64,000 nucleotides of DNA from Rebecca billardiae RCC1528 (taxonomy: Eukaryota; Protista; Haptophyta), in the NCBI GenBank assembly GCA_965240325.2, contig OZ251252.1, positions 310,001 through 374,000 of the forward strand. The letters are read 5' to 3'. Under the pieces are notes generated by a model. That model worked only from the letters and a program-made list of their open reading frames with translations, had not been told where the DNA came from and made no database searches. Shown piece after piece: positions 11,902 to 23,190 of the stretch (position 1 is its first letter; every line of letters begins with the position of its first letter). The position numbers and the translations under genes are program-made.

Positions 11902-14082
11902 AGGGGGCAGGGGCGGCGGGCGCGGGCGCGGCGGCGGCTGCGCGCGGCTCTGCGGGCGCGCTGCCGGCGCCGCCCTCGCCCGCCCGCTGCGCGGCACCCT
12001 CAGCCACCACCGCCGCCACCGCCGCGGCCACTGCATCCACCTTGCCGCCGCCCGCCGCCCGCGCCCCCTCCGACGCCCTCGCCGCCTCCAACGCCGCCGC
12101 CACCGTCTCCGCCGCTGCCGAGCCTGACGAATACTGCTGCCCGCTGTCGCTCGAGCCGATGCGCGATCCGGTGATGCTCGTCGAGTCCGGGCAGACGTTC
12201 GAGCGCGAGAACATCGAGCTGTGGCTACGGCAGCACGTGCGCGCGGCGCGCGGCATGCGCGCGGGTGCGCGGGGCTGGATGCGCGGTGGGGCGGGGCGGC
12301 GCGTGCGCGCGTGCGTGAGTGTGCGTGCGTGGGTGTGCGTGTGTGTGCGTGTGTATGCGTGTGTGTGGCCGTTTGCGCGCGCGCGCGAGGAGGACCAGAC
12401 GGACAGACCCGCACGCCCGAGTCTGCCCCAGCGCTGCGCCGCGCGCGCTCTGCCGCGCACCGCCATCGCCGCCCGTGCGCACGCGCTCACACGGAGCGAG
12501 CGCGCGGCACCCGGCGTGCACGCCGCGCGCCGACGAGCCAACCGCCGGCCATGGCGCGCCCATGCCCGCCCCTCGCTTCCCCGCCCGCCCCCGCGTACGC
12601 TCCCGACCCCAACCCTCACCCCTCGCCAGTCCGAGTGCCCCGTCACCAAGATCGGCCTGGCCTCGAAGCAGCTCGTCCCCAACTATGCTTTGCGCGGCGT
12701 GATTGAAGCATGGCGCGCGGAGCGGGCCGCGGCGGCCGGCGGCGGCGGCGGCGGTGGCGGGAATGGGAATGGCGGTGGTGGCGTTGGCGGTGGCGGCGGG
12801 CGGGTGGGCGCGGCTGCGCTCGGCGGCGCGGCAGGCAGCGTGGCCGCGGCCAACGCGCCACCTCCGGGCTTCAGCGCGCAGCCGCTCCCGCCGCCGCCGC
12901 CGCCGCCACCGGCGATGGGCGCCGCCGACGCGTCAGCCGCCGCGCCGCCGCCGCAGCCGCAGCCGCCGACGCCGACACCGCCGCAGCCCGCGCCTGCGCC
13001 GCAGGGCGGCGGTGGCGGCGCGCTGCACTGGGTGACGCAGCCGCTCGCCTGGCTCGCCGGCGCCGCCACCGCCGACGACGGCCCCGCCGCCCAAAGCGGC
13101 ACGGCCGTCGCGCCGCCGCCAACCGCCGCCGCCGCCGCGCCGCCCTCGCCGGTGAGCCGCCTGACAGACCTCGGGTTTAGTCGGGAGCATGCGCGCTCGG
13201 CGCTGCACTGGGCGGGCGGCGACGTGGACAGGGCGGCCGACCGGCTGCTCACCGGCGGGGGCGGCACGGACGAGGGCGGGACCGTCGCGCAGCCGGGCGG
13301 CGCGCCCACGCCGCCGCCCGCAGCCACCGCAGCCACCGCAGCCACAGCCACCGCCGCCGCCACAGCCGCCGCCGCTCAGGGCTCGGGCGAAGATGAGCTT
13401 CCGCCGGGGTGGGAGCAGCGCTCCGCCCCCGACGGCCGCGCGTACTACGTCGACCACAGCACGCGCACCACGCACTGGGAGCGCCCGCGCCCGCCGCCGC
13501 ACGCGGGCCCGCACCTCTCCGCAGCGGCGGTGCAGCAGCTGACTGAACTCGGCTTCAGCCGGCCGCGCGCCGAGGCGGCGCTGCGGCGCGCGGGAGGCGA
13601 CGTGGGCGGCGCGGCGGAGGCGCTGCTCGGCGAAGACGGCGGTGGCGGTGGTGGCGGTGGCCCGCCGGTGGTCGCGGCCACGCCCGCCGCGCGCCCGGCG
13701 CACGCCGCCCACGCTGCCACCGCCACGCCCGTCGCCGCCGCCACCGCCGCCGCCGCCACCGCCGAGCAGCCGCCGCTGGGCTGGGAGCAGCGCTTCGCTC
13801 AGGACGGGCGCACCTACTGTAAGCGCTGCGGCCGCGCGCCGCGGCACCTGCCCGCCCGAGCGAGCGACGGCGCGAAACTGCGTGCCAGGGTGTGCGCGCG
13901 CGGCTGCTGCGCGCGCAGTCCACGGGCTGACAGCCTTGGCTCCACCCGCCCGCGCTCTGCGCCCCGCGCCCGCGCCCGCGCCGCCACCGCCGCCCGGCCG
14001 GCTGGGCGCAGGGGTCGACCACAACACGCGCACCACGCACTGGGAGCCGCCTTGGCTGCTCGCCCGCCGCGGGCAGCGCTGA
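7602..14082 (+). CDS. Multidomain protein BRO1-PH-NZF/RanBP2 ZnF-U-box-UBA-WW-UBA-WW, ~1302 aa (exons 7602-7923, 8194-8499, 8849-8916, 9194-9394, 9555-9725, 9953-10702, 11406-12236, 12630-13818, 14012-14082)
   Basis: BRO1: [30 protein letters not shown]: [27 protein letters not shown]: [15 protein letters not shown]-box: [32 protein letters not shown]. Two UBA (LGFSR..AL..GGDV..A..LL) and two WW domains. All eight introns are GT-AG and phase-compatible; total 3909 nt. Confidence 0.8.
8931..9110. repeat. Intronic repeats of the 14-bp palindrome GAGATTGCAATCTC (22-bp tandem unit x3 plus 2 dispersed copies)
   Basis: Copies at 8938, 8960, 8982, 9014 and 9097. Confidence 0.9.
10733..10804. repeat. 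(TGTACATT)9 intronic minisatellite
   Basis: Nine perfect 8-mers with a palindromic TGTACA core. Confidence 0.95.
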
Positions 14083-14828
14083 ACGCGCACCGCCCCGCCT
14101 GGCTGCAATGCTAGGCCGCAACTACTAGACGGTGCCACCGAGTGACCGGACGGTAGTGAAGCCCCGGAGTAGTGGACTCACTGAGTGGAGGCGCGCGGCC
14201 CCGCGGGCCTGCGGGCACCGCCACACCTGAGGACTCACCTGACGGTCCGCGCGAGGCCGGCGGCGCCCTGCGCGCCACTAGGCCTGCGTGCGGGCGGCAC
14301 TGCGCCGCCCGCGTGGCCGCGTGGCGCATGATATGCTCAGCTCAGGCCGTAACGTGCTGCCTGCTGGCCGCCCGATTACGTACCGACTACCGGATGATAC
14401 AGTATACACTTCCTGGGCGCCGCAGACCGCCGCTATTGTGAATATCGCGTAGCAGTCGCGATCAGCATTGTCATAGTCATGATGATGATATACATGACTC
14501 ACTGCAGCGGCGCCTGGCGGCGGGACGCGTCTGCGTCTCTCGCCGCGGCTGCCGCACCAGCTGGCGGTCCGCCGATGTCTGATCGGTTCGTTGCGGAGCG
14601 AGTATACTGCAGTCACTCTCACGTCTCTGTCTGGACCGGAGTAGCAGCATGGACAAAGTGTACACATGGCGCACGCGTCGAACACGGGTGCAGATGGTGT
14701 GTGCATGCGCCGCCATCGGCGACGCCCATTCCACGGTGCATGGCCCCGCCCGGCGAGCTGCCCGCCCGCGCGCGCGTGCGAGCGCCGCCGCCGCCGCCGC
14801 CGCGGGCGGCCGCCCAGCGGCGCCCGCG

Positions 14829-15335
14829 TCATTCGCCCGCCGGCGCGAGCGCGTCGGACGTCGGGGCAGACACGACGGTCTGGAAGGGCGGCGCGGCGTC
14901 CCACGCGGAGCGCGAGCCGTACTCGAGCACGCCGTCGGCGTACGGCACGAACGCGATCGAGCAGATCCCGTAATTTGCCGCAAACTTGATGCGCGAAAAA
15001 TAGGTCGGGTCCGCGAGCCGCGCGTCGGCCAAAAAATCGGGCTCCTGCAGCGCGAAGGAGCGGCCGACGACGGAGCCCTTGCCCGTGCAGAACGTCACCT
15101 CCTTCGCTCGCCGCATCGCGTTCAGGTGCTTCGGGCTGTTCAGCTGCAGCCCGTGCACCAGCCGGTTCATCGCCGCGTCGTATCGCCACCAGATCGTGTA
15201 GTCGGCGCCGGTCGAGTCGAGGACGGCGCGCAGCGCGTCCGTGGAGGGCTCGCCGAAGGCGTCGCGCTGCGGCGGCTTCTCCGCGTTCATCTCCGTGGTC
15301 AACTCGCGCAGGGCCTCCACGTCCGCGCTCACCAT
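14829..15335 (-). CDS. Stand-alone bHLH-MYC_N / GAF-like domain protein (168 aa)
   Basis: ADYTIWW..TFCTGKGSVVGRSF..FSRIKFAANYGICSIAFVPYADGVLEYGS matches the MYC/R N-terminal GAF-like pattern (YAIFW..F..G.G..G..GI.T..IP...GV.ELGS). Confidence 0.65.
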   Translation of the reverse strand: MVSADVEALRELTTEMNAEKPPQRDAFGEPSTDALRAVLDSTGADYTIWWRYDAAMNRLVHGLQLNSPKHLNAMRRAKEVTFCTGKGSVVGRSFALQEPDFLADARLADPTYFSRIKFAANYGICSIAFVPYADGVLEYGSRSAWDAAPPFQTVVSAPTSDALAPAGE

Positions 15336-15773
15336 CACGTGGCCGAGTCGGCGGCCCACGTCCACCGGTGCCGTGGGACGCAGTTCTCAGCACGTCGTCG
15401 GTCTGGTGCCCGAGCTCGGCAAAAAGCGCACAGATGCTCGATGCGCGCTTCCGATTGGCTGGCGGGCGGGAATCGAAACTTCCCGTTCGCGTCGCCGTCC
15501 AGCTTCAGGCTCTTTTGGTCTAGGTTTCAGGCCAGATCAGGCCAGATCAGGCCGATAGATAACGAGCCCGTTCGCACACTTCGCAGTAAGAGGGCCCTTT
15601 CGGCGATTCGTGTGTTCGGCACCCGACGATGACGACGTGGGCTCAAGTCGGCACACTCGGCAGTACCGCAGTCCGGTCGGCACGTGGCGTGCCGCTTCAC
15701 GTTGAGCGCTAATAATAGGCCGTTTGCCGGCGACCAACGGTCGCCTACTCCACTGTTCGCCGCGCCGGCCAGC

Positions 15774-16196
15774 ATGGCGTTCTCGTGGCTGAAGACGCTC
15801 GGCGTGGTGTTCGGCTGCGGCGCGTGCTACCAGGCGCTCGGCGCGCTGTGGTACGGCGCGCTCTTCGGCGCGCGCTTCCTCGCGCTCGCGCACCCGAAGA
15901 AGACCAAGGCGCAGCTGCAGGCCATGGAGAAGGAGCGCACGCGCGGGTACGTGGCCGCGGCCGCCGGCGCGTACAGCGCGATGGCGGCGCTGAGCTGCCT
16001 CGTGCAGCTGCTGCCCGGCCCGTTCGTGAAGCACGGGCTGCTCCTCGGCGCGCTCCTCTGCCTCTTCCACGCCGGGCTCAACGCGCCCCACGGCTTCTTC
16101 GAGGGGCGGCCCTTCGAGCTGTACCTGCTGCACCTCGGCTACCACGTGTGCGGGGTGCTGCCCGCCGCGGTGCTCATGACGCTGCTGCTCAACTGA
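15774..16196 (+). CDS. DUF1761-family small multi-pass membrane protein (140 aa)
   Basis: LGALWYGALFG N-terminal motif, FFEGRPFELYLLHLGYH C-terminal motif and about four hydrophobic segments. Confidence 0.75.
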   Translation: MAFSWLKTLGVVFGCGACYQALGALWYGALFGARFLALAHPKKTKAQLQAMEKERTRGYVAAAAGAYSAMAALSCLVQLLPGPFVKHGLLLGALLCLFHAGLNAPHGFFEGRPFELYLLHLGYHVCGVLPAAVLMTLLLN

Positions 16197-16847
16197 CTGC
16201 CGAGAGTCCAGCTCGCCGCGCTGTGCTGTGCCTGCTTCACCAGGCTCACCACGCGTGCCGTGCACTGCCCGCAGCGGTGCTCATGACCGCGCTCAGAGTG
16301 CGCCGACTAACGGAGCTGCGAGCCGGTGACTTATCGGTCCAGACTGTCTCACACTGAGTCGCCCGCAGGACGAGTGCTGCCAGCACGCAGCTTCCGAGTG
16401 CTCGTGCCTGGCACGTGGCAGCGCACCGGTGCAGCCGGCCCCGGGCCGCACGACACGGTCATCGGACAGATCATCGGTGATCGGGGGCCGGGTGCCGCTC
16501 GGTGGTCGCCGCGCGCCGACCTGACTCCTGAGCCGAGTGACGTACGGTGCCTCATGAGTGACTGGCGAGTGACGACCGGCGTCGATCCCCGGGATGGCTG
16601 GGACCCCGCCGATCCCCCGATCTGCACGGGAGCCACGTCCGCTCACGCGACCGTAGTCGGGGCCGCGTGGCAGTCGCGGGCCAGCTGCAGGCGGTGAAAG
16701 TGCACGGTCCTTATTCGCACAATAATAGCCCAAGATGGCAAGATCGGGTCCGGGATATTGAAATCCGGCCGCCCGCCGCCCCAGGCCTGGCCCCGCAGGT
16801 TTAGGCGGTGTCGTTCCGGTTCAGCTCTGCAGTGAGCCGACTGAGCG

Positions 16848-18930
16848 ATGACGATGGCGCACAGCCGCCGTCCCGTGCAGACCATCGCGCTGCTGGCCGT
16901 CGCGCTCGCGGCGACGGCGCGCACGGCGGCGTGGCCCGCCAGCGGGCTCGGACCCGACCCCGCCGCCGCCCAGTGCATCGCGCCAACCGTCGACCCCTCG
17001 CTGCCGGTCGACGCCGCCATGGCCGCCGTGCTGCGCAACGGCCGCCTCAGCCTGCGCGAGCAGCTCGTCTTCCGGCACACGCCGCCGCGCGGCGCGGCGC
17101 GGCGCTGCCCGCCGGTGTCGACGGTGCTCCCGGGCCTCGCGCGCATGTGCCAGTACCGCGAGCTCGTCGACTACGTCGTCCGGCCGTGCGCGGCGGGCAA
17201 CACGTCGCTCGCCCTCGTGCTTCAGTCGTATGACGAAATCGGTTCCGCGGAGAAGGCGCTGGGCGTGCGCAGGCAGGCCGGGTTCGGCGCATGCGAGGCG
17301 AACCTGCGCGCCGCGATCGAGGGCACGCCGTGCCACGCCCTCCTCGTCCGCCAGTGGTTCAGTGCCGACGACCCCAGGGGCCCTTGTCCCTCAGACGCGC
17401 CGCGAGTGGGCTGGCTGGTGCGCGCGCCGCCGCGCCGCCGCGCCGCCGCGCCGCCGCGCCGCCGCCGCGCCGCGCGCGCGGTGGCGTGCGCCACGCGCGC
17501 TCGCGGGGCGGGGTGGCTGCTTCGTGTCTGCGCGCGCCCCGCGCGGCGCCGAAAGGTCCGCGCCCGCGGCAAGCTGACACCCCGGCGCCGCGCGCCCCGC
17601 CACGCTCTGCGTGGCCCCGCGCCCCGCGCGCCCCTCCCCGGCACGCGGCGCGCGCCCTCAGTCGAAGCACGTCGTGCGCGTCATGACGCAGACCCTCGCC
17701 GTCGGCCGCGCGTTCGCGTGGGCGCGGCACTTCCACCCGGGCGCGTCCTCGTTCGTGCGCGCGCGCCTCGACTCGGCGTGGTGCGTGCCGTGGGGCGCTG
17801 CGGCGCGCACGCCTGGGCAGATGGTGCTCAATCAATTCACAGTGGAGGGCTCCCAGGATGGCCCCCGCTGGGCGGGCGACATCTTCGCCTTCGCCTCCGC
17901 CGACGCCGCGCCCGCGTACTTCGACGCGTGGCGCGTGTGGGGCCGCATCAACTGCTCCGCCCTCTGCCTCGCCGGCGCCGGCACGGCCGCGTGCCACTTT
18001 GTCGGGCTCGCACGGCAGTGCACAGGGGAGTCCCCTCTGACCTCTCACCTGTGCGACCACTATGGCGGCACCAACCAGTCCGCCGCGTACTTCGCGCCCT
18101 TCTCCGGGCGGCAGACCGCCGCGCTCGGCGTCACGATGGCCGCGGCCGGCGGCGCCGGCGGCGCGCTCGCGCGGCCGCGGCCGCAGTGGCGGCGGATGGA
18201 GCGGCTGCCCTACCCGCTGCTGCATCCGACCAACGAGACGCACGCGCACCACCGCGGCGCGGGCGCCGCGCCCATCCGCAAGATCGTCGCGGACCTCGAG
18301 CGCCGGCGCGCGGACACGTGCCCCGGCTGCATGCCGGACTGCCTGCCGCGCGGCAAGGTGATGTACCACCGGAAGAAGATGCATGGCCGAAGGAGGGCCT
18401 GCAGGAATGACTTCCAATCGCTCCGCTGTCAGTTCAGAGCGCAGCGCGAGGCCTGGCTCGACCAGGCGCCGGCGCGCGAGCGCGCGGCGCTGGAGGCGCA
18501 GGGCGCGGTATGGGACGCGCAGGCCGCAGAGGCCAAGGCCGCCAAGCTCCGCCGCTCGGGCGGGCATGCTGGTCCAGGCCTGCGGCCGCCCGCGGCCGCG
18601 GCCAGCGGCGCGCGCGCCGCCGAGCCAACCCCCAGCCAGCACGGCGGGGCCGCTGGGCTTGGGCTTGGGAGCGCGGGCGGCGCGGCGGCGGCGGAGCGCG
18701 GCGGCGACGCGGAGTGGCGCCCTTTCGCCGCCCAGGGCCACGTGCGGCGCAGCCGAGCGCCGGGCGAGGGCGAGGAGGCGGAGGAGGCCGAGGGCGCCCC
18801 GTCGCGGCCCGGGGCTTCGGGCGCGGGCCGCAGCCGTGCCGGCGCCGAGCGCGCCGCCGCCGGGGCACTGCGCGTGGCGGAGGCGGCACTCGACGCTCAG
18901 TGGGCGGGCGTCCGGATGCCGACGGCGTGA
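16848..18930 (+). CDS. Secreted or signal-anchored protein, possibly glycosyltransferase-like (exons 16848-17405, 17662-18930)
   Basis: Signal peptide (IALLAVALAATARTA) and one phase-0 GT-AG intron. Motifs LPGLAR..YVVRP and FVRARLD recall algal GxxR..RxRxD GT-like proteins. Confidence 0.55.
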
Positions 18931-19420
18931 CGCCGTGGCGCGGTGGGGGGGCAGCCGTCGTCGCGTCGTGATCAGCGCCGCGCAGTTATCGGTGGCCCAG
19001 CCAGTGACGTCGGGTCACGCGTACGCCAGCAGGCGCAGGGGGCGGCAGCGCGGCGCGCACGCTGCCGGTGAGACTGCCTGACGCGCACGCAGACTCGATC
19101 GAATCCAGCGCGCCGCAGCGCAGCCACGCAGCGCTGGCATATCGTCACTCGTCAGCATGCGCCATGCAGCCGCCGCTGCGCAGCGGCCCTGCCACTCGGT
19201 GGCGCGGCACCCGGCCTCGGCCGTGACACTGGCCGTGCCGGTGGCCCCGTGCCGTCGTCAGCGCCTCAGCGGTAGTCAGGCCGGTCAGCGGTGAGCGGAC
19301 CGCCCGTACCGCGGTACCACCGGCCGGGCCGTACCCCGCCGGCTACCGTCGCTACCGAGTCCGAGTAATTACCGGCGCGGCAGCTGGCGCCTCAACTGAG
19401 TCACTGCTATCAGCACGCTA

Positions 19421-19600
19421 AATTACTATATATATATATACTGCCAGGCCGGATCGGCCGGCGTCGCCGCGTCGTTACCCGGCGGAGCAGCGCGCATTAT
19501 AATATAATATATATATATATATTAATAATAGTATATATATATACTTTAATATATTAACGACGTGGTATGCAACTAATATATTAGTAGTATTATTATTTTC
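19421..19600. other. AT-rich island with (TA)n and the motif ATATTAACGACGTGGTATGCAAC
   Basis: Abrupt AT-rich tracts in GC-rich DNA; the motif is at 19551-19573. Confidence 0.8.
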
Positions 19601-19657
19601 TGCGATCGATCCGCGGGCCGCGCCGAGCCCGAATCGGGCGAATCGCCGATGAGTCTA

Positions 19658-21372
19658 GGGGGGCCAAAGTGGCACTGTGACGTGACTGACGGCTACGAGC
19701 GCTGGTCCTAGCGAGTGTTTAGCGCTGAATTGGGGCTGGATCATATGCCCTCTGGAGGGGTCTGGGCCAGCCAAGTAAAAAAATCAGGTGCACATACCCT
19801 GAATATAGGGCGTAACGGCTAGCATATTTACTTATTAGAATGAGCCTGAACTTATTGGAAACGGCATGTAACGGCTGTCTTATATGTGACATATAGACCA
19901 TGTCGACTTCACTTTGATAGAGCATCTCGGCGAGATCGTTCTGAGTCCCCAGCAGCAGCAGGTCCCAACATGCGATATAGGCTGTGTACTGGCAGGCTGT
20001 CAAACACGTAGTTTCCCGGAAGCCACTCTGGTCGTTACATTCCCACCGTGTATATAGACGCCATGCTGATGAATACAGTCTCGTCTGATCTCGAGCCGCG
20101 AGATACGTTTTCAGACTGTGTATACGGCCATGCGTACGGCGTATTGCAGACATAGTAGACCCAAAGCACCGGCCCCATGTCCTCAGCTCGGGAGTACTCT
20201 CGGTCATAATCAAGGTTTAAAGTCACTCGAGCCAACCGTCACCGCTCCATGGCCGAGACCTACGAGGCAGGTCAAATCTGTCGTCGTCGCAGCGCGGCAC
20301 AGTGCCGAGCATGCGATTCGGCAGCAAACGCCTGCTCCAGGTGGTGGCTGGCGTCTCTGCACCAAACCAGGCCGGATGGGATCGGTCCATATATGTACGC
20401 CCTACCCTGTTCCGCGCTATTTCTGGGCGTTGGGGCGGATATTCGGCCTACAGAGGCTGATCCGGCGCTGTTCGGCGCTCCTGGCTGGCTGCGCGGAGCC
20501 CAATGGCAAGCGCCGGCGTGTGCAAGGTGTCAAGATTGAGACGGTCTCTGACGCTCCCGCCGGTCTTGGGCGCACCACGGTGCATTGAGGCCCATCTGCG
20601 TCTGCTTCTGCAGGCATGCGCGTCACAGGGGCGCGCTTGTAGGCACGGTCGAGTGCACGTCGGATCTGTCGAATGAGCCATCCGCTGCCTGCGAGCACGT
20701 CCGCGACGTCCTGAGAGGCGAATGGGAGGCGCCCCGACGCCATCTGGGGGCACGCGTGACCCATACCCAACGTGCTGACCATCGCAAGTGCCACGGCAGG
20801 TGCAAACACGGGCCCTACGAGCGGAACATGACAGTTGCGGGCTCCGCGGAGGTGTTGCGCGCGAGCTCGCGCCGGTCTGCTGACGGCGATTCCGGCGCAG
20901 CAGGGCAGGTTAGGCGAGCTGGGCATCCACGGATACACATGAACACTTGGGGCGAGCATCGATCTCGCCGGGGCGAGTTGATCTTGAGCCACAAGGAGGG
21001 GTAGCGTGACGGGCGTACGCAGCGCAGCAATTCAAGCCGGCCGACGCGCGCCGCGCACGGCGCGAGGTGGCCAAGAACCGGGTGGTGAGCCGCTGGTGGC
21101 GCAAAGACAAGGGTCAGAAGCGCCCACCAGCGTCACGCGCGCGCGCTCCCGAGACCATCTCGGCGTATCATGGGACGCGAGCGCGCGGCGGTCCACTGCC
21201 TCCGGCCGCTCGCTCGAGCGGAACCGAGCTCTCAGAGCGCCCGAACGCGTCGGAGCTCGATTTTCGAGCGAGGTCCGAGAAAAAGGCTCCGCGCCACCCT
21301 AAAATGCCGAGGGAGGAGCGAAAATGCGCCGCGGCTTTGATTTTCTTTTTTAAATGAGCGGTTTGGCCCCCC
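19658..21372. mobile_element. Possible decayed TIR element (lower-GC segment bounded by GGGGGGCCAAA / TTTGGCCCCCC)
   Basis: 11-bp inverted repeat at 19658-19668 and 21362-21372. Composition is unlike host genes. No convincing TSD or transposase. Confidence 0.3.
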
Positions 21373-21707
21373 GATCCGCGCCGCGCACCTGACGTCAGAG
21401 TACGGTCATAGTATCAGACCGTGGCATGCGCAGGCCGTCGCCTTGCAGCGCGCCGCACGTGACGGCATTGAATTACCAGCGCTCGGGCATCTATCTGTCC
21501 GCGATTATTTCCCGCGCCACTGCACAGGCGCGGCCCGCCAGGCTCGGTCCGAGCTTAGACTGCCATGCGACCGTGACAATCCGAATCACTCATCGTGGCT
21601 GTCACGCGCCGGGCGGTGGATCCGAGTGGCGGGCGCCGTGCCCCCGCCCCGCCAGCCGCTGGCCGCCGGTCCGTGCGCCGTGATGCGAGGCTCCGTACGC
21701 CGAAACC

Positions 21708-22097
21708 TCAGGAGCGCGACGGGTACACGCCCTCGGTCGCGATGATCCACTTGGTGCAGCCTTGGTATGGCCCCGACACAGTCGCCGTGTTCGCGGCCGA
21801 CATGAGGTCGCTGGGGAAATTGTACTGCAGTGGCTGAGCGCCGTCGGTGCGCCGATACATGTCGTATGCCGTGAGCATGCGGGTGTTGTCGTTCTGCGTC
21901 TCGCGGGCTGGGCACACGTCCGGCAGGTTGGGGAGGGCGAACGAGGACCGACCGTCTCCGCCGTACTGGGTGCCGAGCAGCGAGAAGAGCGTAGGGTTTT
22001 CCATGATTTGGATGAGCCGGCCGTTGGCATGGGACCAGTTGCGCGGCTCGTAGTCGTACGGGACAAGCTTCAGCTCGCCGATGAATGGCTCCGACAT
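21708..22097 (-). CDS. Phage tail-collar domain protein (microcystin-dependent protein MdpB-like), 129 aa
   Basis: MSEPFIGELKL..PRNW..ANGRLI.I.ENPTLFSLLGTQYGGDGRSSFALPNL and C-terminal WIIATEGVYPSRS are hallmark motifs of the bacterial family. Intronless. Confidence 0.9.
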   Translation of the reverse strand: MSEPFIGELKLVPYDYEPRNWSHANGRLIQIMENPTLFSLLGTQYGGDGRSSFALPNLPDVCPARETQNDNTRMLTAYDMYRRTDGAQPLQYNFPSDLMSAANTATVSGPYQGCTKWIIATEGVYPSRS

Positions 22098-22183
22098 CTG
22101 AAGGACTGGGGACGAGTAGGGGGTTGGAGGGCCGACGCCGCTGATTGCTGCCGCGGCGGTTGTGCGGGCGCGCGCGGCTGGTG

Positions 22184-22192
22184 ATATAAATA
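22184..22192 (-). promoter_or_regulatory. TATA-like box (TATTTATAT) upstream of the tail-collar gene
   Basis: About 90 nt upstream of the ATG at 22097, in a GC-rich context. Confidence 0.4.
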
Positions 22193-22487
22193 GGGGATGG
22201 GATGAGAATACCCAACTTTTCGCAGAATGCCGGCGGCGGATCCCAACGCCTACCCAGGAAGCTCGATCCTTCAACTTCCTGAGAACCTATTCGCGGGTCA
22301 GATCGAATCGCATCAGCAGCATCTGAATAATGAAAAGTTGCAGGAAGCTCGTCGTCATCTGATCATCTTTCACCAGAGCGCCTAAAACTGACCTACTGCT
22401 AAATGAACCGGAGCGGTGGAAAGTTCTGAGGAGCGCGCTGCGCGCACGCCGCCGAACGGCGCACATCCACGAGACCGAGAGGCGTGC

Positions 22488-23190
22488 CAAGGGCGGTAAG
22501 GGCTGTCAACTCCCAGTGGCGCCGAGTGGCGGAGGTTGGTTGCCCCTCAACTCGTGCGGCCTCGCGGCGCAGCGGCTAAGTCTCCTGGGCCGCCGCCCTG
22601 GAGGGCGCGTGGGGTGCGCACGCCGCGGGCTCCTGCGCCCGCGGCAGCGGCCGCGGACACGGCGCGCGTGGTTGGTCGCATGCTAGACAGCATTTAGTAC
22701 CCTCCCACGCCGCGCGCCGCGCTCGCCGGCGCCCTCGCCATGCCTCAGGCCAGCCGCGCACGCGCGCCGCACCAATGGCCAGCCGTGGCCACGGGCCAGC
22801 CGCCGGCGCGCGCGCGGTGCGCGGTGCGGTCGGCGCGGGCCGGGCGCGCGCCCGGGGCGAGGCTCACGTGTGGTGGGCGCGCGCCATGCCGCCTCGCGCC
22901 GCCGCACACGAGCTTGATCACGTTCCACGCGTCTGCTGAAGGGTGCTCGTTGAGCATTCCTCGGCCATCAGAAATGAGCTTGGACAAGCGGCTGTGAGCG
23001 CATCAGTGCGAGGAACGCGAGCACTTGGGGGCTCGCGTGCCATAGTAGGAGGCTAGAGGCGAGTGCGGGCGCCCACGAGAGTAAGTCGCTGGAGCGCCGC
23101 GGCCGCACAGCGAGCTCGAGCGCCGCAGGAGCCAACCGCCCTGCCGCTGGCGTACTTGGGCGTTGACTACGCCCTTATTCTCGCCGCTTG
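22488..23190. mobile_element. Diverged relative of the 6381-7508 element
   Basis: Starts CAAGGGCGGTAAGGGCTGTCAACTCCCAGTGGCG and is colinear with the reverse complement of ~6995-7508. A degenerate opposite end lies at ~23067-23190. No TSD. Confidence 0.75.

Noticed and set aside
19607-21380. 9-bp direct repeat CGATCCGCG as a TSD
   Set aside because: It does not abut the 11-bp inverted repeat on the left and is plausible by chance in GC-rich DNA.
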